DNA of 48,186 nt, from NCBI GenBank assembly GCA_051382335.1, contig JBBCAX010000140.1:1-48186 (forward strand), given 5' to 3'. The DNA is from Deltaproteobacteria bacterium TL4 (GTDB taxonomy: Bacteria > SAR324 > NAC60-12). Shown in pieces: positions 18,640-26,470 of the stretch (position 1 is the first letter of the stretch; each line of letters opens with the position of its first letter). The notes under the pieces are model-generated. The model did no database searches. It had not been told where the DNA came from and saw nothing but the letters and a program-made list of their open reading frames with translations. A program made the position numbers and the translations under genes.

Positions 18640-20448
18640 ATGAAACCTGTTATTTTGATGACTGGCTTGCTCCTGAGCGTTGTCATGGCGTCATCCAGTT
18701 TCGCTCAAAGCGAAAAATCGCAAGCGGCAATCTCGCCGCTGGCTTCTATTGGAACTATTTCGGTAGCTCAACAACAAATCGTTTTTAATAGTTTGCTGGA
18801 TAAACTCTCAGGCTATTACGATCTCATTTCTCAGGAACAATTTCTCAAGGCGCAGGAAACAGCCTTTGAGGAATTGGAAGCGCAGGAATGTACCGAAGAA
18901 CAATGTATTCGCAAAATCCAGGAACTGTTGCAGGTGGAAAATATGTTTTTTTTGCAGATGATCCGGGAAGGAAACGATACTCAATTGAGCCTGACGTTGA
19001 TTGATCTGGAAAAGAAAACCGTCAAAAGCGATTACTGCCCAGGCTGTAATACTCAAACCCTGAATGAACGAGTCGCGCAACTCGTCGATAAAATCCGGGG
19101 AGCACGCACCATCATCCCCCCTCCTGTGACTATGATGACTGAACAGGTCGGCAAGCTTTTCATCACGTCCACCCCTTCCGGCGCGGAAATATTTCTCGAT
19201 GGCCAACCGCTTGACAACCAAACTGAATCCCTGCTGGAAAATATTCCCGCTGGCAAACATACCCTGTTTCTCCGCAAAGACAATCTCTCCCAAACCCAGG
19301 AGCTGACAGTGATTCCCAACAAAATGCTTTCCCTCGATTTGCAACTGGAACTCAGCAAAGCCAGTTTGTTTGTAACCAGTACACCCTTTAAGGCGGAGGT
19401 GTTCCTGGATGGCAAACGCATTGGTCAAACCCCCATTGAAGTCGAAGCCACTGCTGGAAAACATCAGGTTGACTTACGCCTGGAAGGTTTTATGCCTGTG
19501 TCTAAAGAAGTGATGGTCAAGTTTGGCGAGACGAATAAATTGGAGGTTCCTCTCACTGATGGCAGGGGACTTCGCGGTTTCCTGTCACTCACGTCCAATG
19601 TCGAGAACGCTGCTGTACAAATAAAAGGCGGAACGTATGTTTCCACGCGACTTGAAGAAAAACTGCCGTTGAACAAGAAAGCACTGCCCATAGGAACCTA
19701 TCAATTAACCCTCTCGAAAGAGGGGTATGAAAGCGTTAACCAAACAGTTTCTCTTGACGAGAATAAAAGCACTTCAACGAAAATCCAGTTGAAAGTGTTA
19801 CCCGCAGTCCTTGAAGTACGTCTATTCAGAACTGAAATCATCTTGGAAAATGATGGCGTTTTTCAACTATGGATCAATGGAAAAACGGCAGCGCCGTCTT
19901 CTACTGCGGCGAAAGACTCAGAATCCTCTTTTGTCATGGAATTGCCAGAAGGTCAATACCAGCTTGAGGCTTCACATTCCAGCGGCAAATACGAAAAGAG
20001 GAGCAAAGTTGTGAGCCTGGTCAAAGGACAAAAATACACCGAAGCTTTTGAATTGCGGTTCAGTGCGGAGTACCTGGAGCATCAAGCCTGGAAATGGAAA
20101 TGGGGCAGCGCTCTCGCTGGAACCATTGTCTCAATGGGGGCATGGTACACAGAAGAGACCGCGCTTCAAAACGCTAACAGTGACAAAAACGCGCTCATTG
20201 ATCAAATGTATAAGGCTAAAACACAAAAAGAAGCGCATAATTATCATACGCAAGCGGCAAAAAAAATTGAGGTTGCCCGGACACATCAGCAAAACGCTCA
20301 ATTAGCTGCTCTATTTTCAGGAGGCTTGGCTGCTTTAACTTTCTGGCTCTGGGCTGATGAACCCCAGGAACCTCGTGCTGAAGCTACCTGGAATTGGCAA
20401 CCCGGGCTGTATGGCGAAACGCGAATTGTTTATAGCAAAAGGTGGTAA
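18640..20448 (+). CDS. Exported PEGA-repeat protein with C-terminal hydrophobic helices
   Basis: Signal peptide; repeated L.ITSTP.GAE(I/V)FLDG...G.H.(L/V).L.K PEGA units; two hydrophobic segments near the C-terminus. Confidence 0.85.
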   Translation: MKPVILMTGLLLSVVMASSSFAQSEKSQAAISPLASIGTISVAQQQIVFNSLLDKLSGYYDLISQEQFLKAQETAFEELEAQECTEEQCIRKIQELLQVENMFFLQMIREGNDTQLSLTLIDLEKKTVKSDYCPGCNTQTLNERVAQLVDKIRGARTIIPPPVTMMTEQVGKLFITSTPSGAEIFLDGQPLDNQTESLLENIPAGKHTLFLRKDNLSQTQELTVIPNKMLSLDLQLELSKASLFVTSTPFKAEVFLDGKRIGQTPIEVEATAGKHQVDLRLEGFMPVSKEVMVKFGETNKLEVPLTDGRGLRGFLSLTSNVENAAVQIKGGTYVSTRLEEKLPLNKKALPIGTYQLTLSKEGYESVNQTVSLDENKSTSTKIQLKVLPAVLEVRLFRTEIILENDGVFQLWINGKTAAPSSTAAKDSESSFVMELPEGQYQLEASHSSGKYEKRSKVVSLVKGQKYTEAFELRFSAEYLEHQAWKWKWGSALAGTIVSMGAWYTEETALQNANSDKNALIDQMYKAKTQKEAHNYHTQAAKKIEVARTHQQNAQLAALFSGGLAALTFWLWADEPQEPRAEATWNWQPGLYGETRIVYSKRW

Positions 20449-20449
20449 G

Positions 20450-21244
20450 ATGAAAAACGCGCTAATCCTCTCATTCGTGCTCATGATACTCTTCTCCGCG
20501 TGCGGAAAAGTTGATGAAGACCTCCCCCCTGAATATATGGTTCCGGTACCAGTCAATAACGCGGTCAGCATCGCGTTCTCGGATAAAGATCCTACATCCA
20601 GTGGAATTGCTGGGGTTGTCACCGTAGCCAAGGCTTTGGACGAATCGGACCTGACCGATTATGTGCTCTATTGGGGATCAGAACCTTCTACCCAATTAAC
20701 AGGACAAACAGCCATTACTACGTGGGAAAAAACAGGAAATGATCTGACGTATACTTTCGCTGAGAGTACAGCCAAACCTTCAGGAGCGACCCATCTGCTC
20801 GTGTATTCAAAAAATATCAAAGGTTATGAATCCGCGACTCCTGTCGCTGTAGTCATTAGTGACTTAGCTCCAATGATCACTACCGATATTGGGGACGGAA
20901 CTATATGGGAACCCGTCACCGGATTAATGTGGCAAAAAGAAGATGACCATATAACAAGAAATTGGAGTGACGCTGGAGCGTATTGTGACGTTCTATCGCT
21001 TGGCGGTTATTCCGACTGGAGGTTGCCTGATATTGATGAACTGAAAACCTTAATCTATGAATCTAAAAGCCCGACAATAGACCTGACGTATTTTCCCAAC
21101 ACAGACTCCTCGGGTTATTGGTCGTCCACGACGGATGCCAGTGACGCGTCCTACGCATGGGGCGTGGGCTTCAGCGGCGGCCGCGTCAACGGCTACAATA
21201 AGACGAGTCGCTGCTATGTTCGGTGTGTTCGAGGCGGACTTTGA
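20450..21244 (+). CDS. Lipoprotein with C-terminal DUF1566 (Lcl-type C-type-lectin fold) domain; candidate DGR target
   Basis: Start ATG 20450 with lipobox FSAC; TGLMWQ, WRLP.I.EL, YWSST, AW.V.F and YVRCVRGG motifs. Confidence 0.88.
   Translation: MKNALILSFVLMILFSACGKVDEDLPPEYMVPVPVNNAVSIAFSDKDPTSSGIAGVVTVAKALDESDLTDYVLYWGSEPSTQLTGQTAITTWEKTGNDLTYTFAESTAKPSGATHLLVYSKNIKGYESATPVAVVISDLAPMITTDIGDGTIWEPVTGLMWQKEDDHITRNWSDAGAYCDVLSLGGYSDWRLPDIDELKTLIYESKSPTIDLTYFPNTDSSGYWSSTTDASDASYAWGVGFSGGRVNGYNKTSRCYVRCVRGGL
21107..21241 (+). other. Putative DGR variable region (VR)
   Basis: 82/132 G+C over 21107-21238 in an AT-rich window; non-scaffold codons end in C/T as expected for mutagenised AAC/AAT template codons; sits at the extreme 3' end of the gene. 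Confidence 0.65.
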
Positions 21245-21271
21245 TTATTTGGTTATTTGATCCTTTGATTA
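21240..21271 (+). repeat. 8-bp tandem repeat x4 directly after the putative VR
   Basis: TTTGATTA TTTGGTTA TTTGATCC TTTGATTA, overlapping the stop codon. Confidence 0.8.
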
Positions 21272-21373
21272 TTTTTTTAATTTGCGAGCAGGTTATTTTG
21301 TTTGAGAACGTTTGAAGCCAGGCTCAAAAAGCGCGGAGCGCCCGGTTTTTTTAAACTTGTTTTGAGAGTCAGG

Positions 21374-21604
21374 ATGTCAGACAAAGAGGCACTCAAGGAG
21401 AATATTGTTACAATCAGAGTTTTTTTAAGCCTGTCTATAGTGGCTCTGTTTTCAATTATTGGGTGGGTCTTTACCCATTTGAGTACAATTACCAGACCTG
21501 AATTGTTTTTCGCTTCTGCTGGATTTGTGTTATTGTTGATACTGACAGTAGCTTTCGGAGGTATTTTACATAAACTGATCAACAGATTAAGGAGGTTACC
21601 ATGA
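21374..21604 (+). CDS. Small two-helix membrane protein (76 aa)
   Basis: MSDKEALKENI... with two hydrophobic helices and a basic C-terminus; ATGA overlap with the next ORF. Confidence 0.65.
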   Translation: MSDKEALKENIVTIRVFLSLSIVALFSIIGWVFTHLSTITRPELFFASAGFVLLLILTVAFGGILHKLINRLRRLP

Positions 21605-21690
21605 CAGAGTGGATATTATTCGCAATGATGGTCATAGGCGCTGGTGTCATTATGTATTCTGTTAAAAAAGCGACCGATCTGGATGAATAG
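21601..21690 (+). CDS. 29-aa single-helix membrane peptide (not in the ORF track)
   Basis: MTEWILFAMMVIGAGVIMYSVKKATDLDE*; strong AAGGAGG RBS at 21589-21595; coupled to the upstream ORF. Confidence 0.6.
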   Translation: MTEWILFAMMVIGAGVIMYSVKKATDLDE

Positions 21691-21833
21691 ATGAAAGAGC
21701 CATAAGTTACTCTGTAGGAAGGGATGTTATGCGTCAAGTTAATATTTATGAAGCCAAAACGCATTTATCAAAACTGAGTCAAGAAGCCTTGAATGGTCAG
21801 GAAGTTATCATTGCAAAGGGAAACCACCCTTTA

Positions 21834-22106
21834 GGAACGGCAAAAGAATAACTATGAAAACTTCTCGTTCTCACGCTCCCGCGAGGGAATGCCTAAATTG
21901 GCGTTCCCGCGCCCAGTACAGCAGGAGCGGCGCGATTAGGGGTTATAGACGTTTATGTTAATAAATTCACAGTAGAAGGAGCGTCCCGCTCCTTGAAAGA
22001 GGCGAGACGCCTCTTCTACGGTGTCACTAATTTTATGAACGTCTATAGCACGCAGGAGTAGGGTAACCAGTTCCAAAAGTTTTCATACTTATTCTTTTCA
22101 TATTCC
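21834..22106. mobile_element. MITE-like element (30-bp TIR, TTA duplication) carrying a CGTTC-type REP pair
   Basis: TIR 21834-21863 versus 22077-22106 (25/30); TTA at 21831-21833 and 22107-22109; CTCGTTCTCACGCTCCCGCGAGGGAATG from 21864 and ...GGTAACCAG ending 22070. Confidence 0.88.
21944..22047. mobile_element. Second MITE-like element nested in the previous one, carrying a GTAG-REP pair
   Basis: TATAGACGTTTAT versus reverse complement TATAGACGTTCAT (12/13), TA ends; inner GTAGAAGGAGCGTCCCGCTCCTT (21972-21994) and AAGAGGCGAGACGCCTCTTCTAC (21997-22019). Confidence 0.82.
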
Positions 22107-22236
22107 TTAGTTCGTTTGGAAGTATTGCCTGAAGCAAAGTCTGCTCGAAGAATAGGGGGGCGAAAGAAATTATTTTAAAAATGAGTAAAGATTTCGATGA
22201 ACCGTTGGAAGACTTTTTAGACTATCTGTAACAGAG

Positions 22237-22362
22237 AAACTTCCTTTTCATCACCGAGATCCTTTTGACAGGATGTTGATCGCTCAAGCCTTAGCAGAAG
22301 ACATGCACCTCTTAAGTCGGGACTCTGTCCTCAAAAATTATGAGGTTCCTTGTCTTTGGTAG
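22237..22362 (+). pseudogene. C-terminal fragment of a PIN (VapC-like) toxin
   Basis: KLPFHHRDPFDRMLIAQALAEDMHLLSRD...W*; the HRDPFDR motif is diagnostic; N-terminal part and start codon are missing. Confidence 0.85.
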
Positions 22363-22406
22363 AAGCGTGAATAAATACCGAATAGAGCGATCATTTCTGG
22401 TTAATT

Positions 22407-22892
22407 TTATCCATGATGATGGCAGCCTTCACCATGGATATGACCGTGTAGTAATTCCTCACTTGTCGCGGCACGGACATCAATTACCGTTACCTCAAAA
22501 TTCAGGGTTTCTCCGGCTAAAGGGTGGTTTCCATCAATCGTCACATCGTCCCCCTCGATCTCGATGATAGAAAAAATCTGCATGCCTTGTTCCGTTTCGG
22601 ACTGAAACTCCATCCCGATAGCCAAGGTCTCCACGCCCTCAAACATGGACTTGGAGACGACGGAAATTTGTTCAGCGTCATAGGCCCCATAACCTTCTTC
22701 AGGAGAAACGGAGACTTGAAAAGAATCGCCTGCTTTTTTGCCTTCCAATTCCTTTTCCAAACCAATCACCAAATCTCCTACGCCATGAATATAGGAAAGC
22801 GGCTCTTCGCCCTTTGACGTATCAAGGACTTCTCCTTCATCATCGGTTAAAGTAAATTCTATGGAGACTACAGAGTTTTTAGAAATTCGCAT
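22407..22892 (-). CDS. slyD: FKBP-type peptidyl-prolyl isomerase SlyD
   Basis: PLSYIHG, VSPEEGYG, DGNHPLAGETL motifs and a His-rich tail; start at ATG 22892. Confidence 0.93.
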   Translation of the reverse strand: MRISKNSVVSIEFTLTDDEGEVLDTSKGEEPLSYIHGVGDLVIGLEKELEGKKAGDSFQVSVSPEEGYGAYDAEQISVVSKSMFEGVETLAIGMEFQSETEQGMQIFSIIEIEGDDVTIDGNHPLAGETLNFEVTVIDVRAATSEELLHGHIHGEGCHHHG

Positions 22893-22920
22893 GATACATC
22901 CTTCAAAAATAAGAGATAAA

Positions 22921-22952
22921 GGCACAGAGGCACAGAGGCACAGAGGCACAGA
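22921..22952. repeat. Tandem repeat (GGCACAGA)x4
   Basis: Four perfect 8-mers 29 bp upstream of the slyD start. Confidence 0.9.
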
Positions 22953-23100
22953 CAAATAAGACGGAGAGTGATGTACTATTTTTGAACACTTGTCAAATCA
23001 ATCAATAAAATGCGGTAAAAAAAGCTAAATTTCAAAATTGTTTTGGCTTTTTTGTGAGATGAGACTAAGTCAATACTCTGAATATTTGTTATTCTTCACT

Positions 23101-23294
23101 TAATTAGTCGCTGTCGCGTTATTGCTATTTTGTTAAATTTATTAGGTAGGGTGGGTTAGTTATGAAGAACGAGGAACGTCACTCACCGAAAAAAGCTTAT
23201 AATCTTCATGCCTCGTTTTTTGGTGGGTTACGCTGTTCGTTCCTCACAGCTAACCCACCCTACAATTTTTGAATTATATGACAGCGACTAATTA
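23101..23294. mobile_element. MITE-like element carrying an inverted GTAG-REP pair
   Basis: Perfect 15-bp inverted ends TAATTAGTCGCTGTC / GACAGCGACTAATTA; inner perfect 14-bp GTAGGGTGGGTTAG (23146-23159) / CTAACCCACCCTAC (23250-23263). Confidence 0.85.
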
Positions 23295-23321
23295 CCTTTT
23301 AACTCTGTTTAATGAGGTTCT

Positions 23322-24005
23322 ATGACTGTTCATTTTACCATCACACCTGAGATAGATAAGCGAATTAGTGCCTGGGGTGAGTTTACTCAAAAGACACAGA
23401 AACAACAGGCAACAGGGCCTTGCGTCACGATATCCCGGGAATATGGCTGTCAAGCCTACCTGGTTGCGGAAATTTTACAGAAACGCTTACTGGAAAAGTC
23501 CAAAGGGTCTCAGTGGATTGTGCTGGATCGTGAATTGCTTGAAAAAATTGCGAACGAGTCCGGAATTTCCAGATCTGATATTGAACGGGTAGGGGATGTG
23601 AATCCGGTGTTTCAATCCATGATTTCCATGTTTATGGGGCAGCATCGGGCGGAACAATTTGAAGTCTTTTCATATGTCAAACAAGCGGTACGTCATTTTG
23701 CCAAAGCGGGGAATAGCATCATTATTGGGCGCGGAGGGGCGGCCTTAACTCAGGATTTACCCAATTGTACCCATATCTTGCTCACGGCTCCGCTTGAATT
23801 TCGCATCAAAAACGTGATGAAAAACCTTAACCTAGATCGTGCTGAGGCCGAAGAGCAGATTGTGACTCGTCAGCAGCAGCGTGAAAATTTTATTAAAAAT
23901 TTTACTAAAAATGATCCTCGCGATTCAACGCTCTACCATGCGGTCATCAACAATGGGCGTTATTCTCCGGAACGGGTCGTGGATATTATTGAGGCCTTGA
24001 TGTAA
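23322..24005 (+). CDS. Cytidylate kinase-like family protein
   Basis: VTISREYGCQ, IIIGRGG, LTAPLEFRI and LYHAVIN motifs. Confidence 0.85.
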   Translation: MTVHFTITPEIDKRISAWGEFTQKTQKQQATGPCVTISREYGCQAYLVAEILQKRLLEKSKGSQWIVLDRELLEKIANESGISRSDIERVGDVNPVFQSMISMFMGQHRAEQFEVFSYVKQAVRHFAKAGNSIIIGRGGAALTQDLPNCTHILLTAPLEFRIKNVMKNLNLDRAEAEEQIVTRQQQRENFIKNFTKNDPRDSTLYHAVINNGRYSPERVVDIIEALM

Positions 24006-24020
24006 AAAAGGGAGGTCGTC

Positions 24021-24320
24021 ATGAAAGTCATTGTTGATTTGTGTCTTGTTCCCATTGGGGTTGGTGTCTCTTTGTCTCCTTATGTGGTGGAGTGCCATCG
24101 CGTTTTGAAAGAAGCCGGCTTGAAAACCCAACTCCATTCTTATGGCACTAACATTGAGGGCGAATGGGACGAAGTCTTTGCCGCGATAAAACGTTGTCAC
24201 GAAGCTGTTCATGAAAAAGGGGCGCCGCGAATTACTACAACCCTCAAGCTTGGAACACGAACCGATAAAGAACAAACGATGGAAGACAAGGTTCGAAGTG
24301 TAGAAGATAAATTGCGATAA
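24021..24320 (+). CDS. MTH1187/YkoF family thiamine-binding protein
   Basis: VPIGVGVSLSPYV, YGTNIEGEWDEV and GTRTDKEQTMEDKV motifs; GGAGG RBS. Confidence 0.92.
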   Translation: MKVIVDLCLVPIGVGVSLSPYVVECHRVLKEAGLKTQLHSYGTNIEGEWDEVFAAIKRCHEAVHEKGAPRITTTLKLGTRTDKEQTMEDKVRSVEDKLR

Positions 24321-24592
24321 GTGGGCGTTTTTAAGAGGTTTTTCAAGCTCCGTTATCCTATTATTTTGCTCCTCTTTTTCTGTTTTTTTTCATTACCTTT
24401 CCACTGGCTTAATTTCTTTAGAGGCAAAATTAGTCTTGCCTCTATGCGGTAATGTGTTTTATCTTAGCGAATTCTCAGGAAATCTTAGCCTCAGAATGCG
24501 TCTTTGATTTTAAAATTGAGATTGGACGCATTCTGGCATGGGATACCTTCGTTTTAGTCGAATATTAACCATTGTTGAACATGGAGGTGATT

Positions 24593-25378
24593 TTGGAAAT
24601 ACTTGTACCTATGAAGCAAGTTGTTGATGTTGAATTGAATATTCGCGTTAAGGATGGTGCTATTGTTGAGGATGGGCTTAACTATGTGATCAGTAGTTGG
24701 GATGAGGTTGCCATTGAAACCGCCTTACAAATATCAGAACAAGCTGGCGGAGAAGTGACGCTCGTGTCAATTGGTCCTGATAGAGTAACGGAAGCTCTGC
24801 GTAAAGGGTTGGCCATGGGAGCGCACAAAGCGATTCATGTTAAAGACGCGGCCTTTAATGGCTCGGATTCTTATGTCTATGCGAAGGCCTTGGCCAAAGT
24901 ATTGAAAAAAGGGTCTTACGATTTAGTCATTGCGGGAAAGCAAGCACAAGATACCGATGCCGGATTGACCGCGAGTATGCTGGCTGAATTCGCGGGACTT
25001 CCTCAGGCGGCCAATGTGGTTAAAATTACAGGCGTCAATGGGGGAAAGTTGAATCTTCATCGTGGCGGGGATAATGGTAACGAAGTGACTGAACTGACAT
25101 TACCGGCGTTGATTACTGTCAATGACAGTTTGAATGAACCCAGATTAGCCTCCATGCGGGGAATCATGCAAGCTCGCAAAAAACCTATTGAGGAATTGAA
25201 TAGTGCTGCGTTGGGCCTGGGTGCGAGTGAGTGTGGAAAAGAAGGTTCTCAAACCTCAGTTGTGTGCTTTATGGAGCCTGACGCACGCAAAGCTGGGCAA
25301 AAATTTGAAGGCGCTGAAGAAGAGACCACCAAACAAGTCTTGGATTTACTGGTCAATGAAGTCAAAATGTTTACCTAG
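24593..25378 (+). CDS. etfB: Electron transfer flavoprotein beta subunit (TTG start)
   Basis: MKQVVD, LAMGA, AGKQAQDTDAG and NEPRLAS motifs; GGAGGTG RBS. Confidence 0.93.
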   Translation: MEILVPMKQVVDVELNIRVKDGAIVEDGLNYVISSWDEVAIETALQISEQAGGEVTLVSIGPDRVTEALRKGLAMGAHKAIHVKDAAFNGSDSYVYAKALAKVLKKGSYDLVIAGKQAQDTDAGLTASMLAEFAGLPQAANVVKITGVNGGKLNLHRGGDNGNEVTELTLPALITVNDSLNEPRLASMRGIMQARKKPIEELNSAALGLGASECGKEGSQTSVVCFMEPDARKAGQKFEGAEEETTKQVLDLLVNEVKMFT

Positions 25379-25476
25379 ATCAGTCAAGGGCGTTTCCCTG
25401 AAACTCTTTAGGTCTTGATACCTTAATTTTATTAGCACATTGAACAAAATATTGATTTGAATTGGAGGTCCAGTCT

Positions 25477-26439
25477 ATGGCAAAAGTACTTGTTGTTGCA
25501 GAAGTAAAAGGAAACGAGATCAAAAAACCTTCTTTGGAATTGATTAGTTTCGCAAAGTCCCAGGGACTTGAAACAGAAGCTGTATTGATAGGGAGTGGTA
25601 TTGGCAAACTGGCTGACGTGTTGGCAGGCCAAGGGGCGGCAAAGGTTTATGTCGCAGAGGATGCCTCTCTAAAAATTTACAATAACGCCTCTTACACGAG
25701 TGTGGTTGTGGATGCGGCAAAGCAGTCCAAAGCCACTCAGATTTGGCTGACGTCGTCAGATTCAGGTAAAGGTTTGACTCCGCGTGTTGCCGCACGGTTG
25801 AATGTGGGGGCACTCACCGATGTGACTAAACTTGAGGTAAAAGGTGACGATTTAACCGCTTATCGCCCAGCAATGTCAACTAAAGTCATTCAGAAATGTG
25901 TTTTCAATAAATCCGGCGTTCGTGTCTTGAGTATTCGGTCCGGCGCTTTTGAAGCTGCCGAAACTCAACCCAGTGCCGCGAATGTGGTCTCCTTGTCTAT
26001 TCCTGCGGTAGACCTTCGTGCGGTGATCAAAGACGTGGTTTCTGAGGCCACAGGAGAAATTGAGTTGGCTGACGCTAACATTGTGGTTGCTATCGGAAGA
26101 GGTGTAAAGGGTGCCGATGGTGTGGGGCTGGTAAAACCGCTCGCACAACTCTTGGGCGCGGGGTATGGTGCCTCACGAGCCGTATGTGATGCCGGTTGGA
26201 TGCCTCATACAACGCAAATTGGACAAACAGGAAAGCAAGTCGCTCCTGATGTGTATTTTGCGATTGGGATTTCTGGCGCTATTCAACACCTTGCGGGGAT
26301 GTCAGGCTCTAAAGTTATTGTCGCCATCAACAAGGATCCCGAGGCACCCATATTCAAAGTCGCGGATTATGGGATTGTTGGAGACTTGTTCAAAGTCGTC
26401 CCCATTTTAATTGACGAAATTAAGAAAATTAAAAGATAG
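25477..26439 (+). CDS. etfA: Electron transfer flavoprotein alpha subunit
   Basis: GASRAVCDAGW, QIGQTGK, GISGAIQHLAGM and AINKDPEAPIF motifs. Confidence 0.96.
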   Translation: MAKVLVVAEVKGNEIKKPSLELISFAKSQGLETEAVLIGSGIGKLADVLAGQGAAKVYVAEDASLKIYNNASYTSVVVDAAKQSKATQIWLTSSDSGKGLTPRVAARLNVGALTDVTKLEVKGDDLTAYRPAMSTKVIQKCVFNKSGVRVLSIRSGAFEAAETQPSAANVVSLSIPAVDLRAVIKDVVSEATGEIELADANIVVAIGRGVKGADGVGLVKPLAQLLGAGYGASRAVCDAGWMPHTTQIGQTGKQVAPDVYFAIGISGAIQHLAGMSGSKVIVAINKDPEAPIFKVADYGIVGDLFKVVPILIDEIKKIKR

Positions 26440-26470
26440 TTCGCGGTAACTTAAACGAGAGAGGTGATTT

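Larger units (their letters stand above)
21729..22231 (+). pseudogene. Phd/YefM-type antitoxin interrupted by a MITE and a frameshift
   Basis: MRQVNIYEAKTHLSKL...IIAKGNHPL (21729-21833) resumes as LVRLEVLPEAKSARRIGG (from 22107), then after a G-run frameshift AKEIILKMSKDFDEPLEDFLDYL* (stop 22229-22231). Confidence 0.85.

Noticed and set aside
20357..20449. Upstream start for the DUF1566 gene; likewise 13217, 17953, 28909 and 43174 for their genes
   Set aside because: Overlap neighbouring genes or leaders; downstream starts fit the signal peptide, translational coupling or family N-termini better.
20450..22400. Complete DGR cassette
   Set aside because: No AAC-rich template repeat, reverse transcriptase or Avd-like gene found by eye in the window; only the target side is supported.
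22893..22955. N-terminal extension of SlyD (MSVPLCLCASVPL...)
   Set aside because: Product of reading through the GGCACAGA tandem repeat; SlyD homology starts at 22892.
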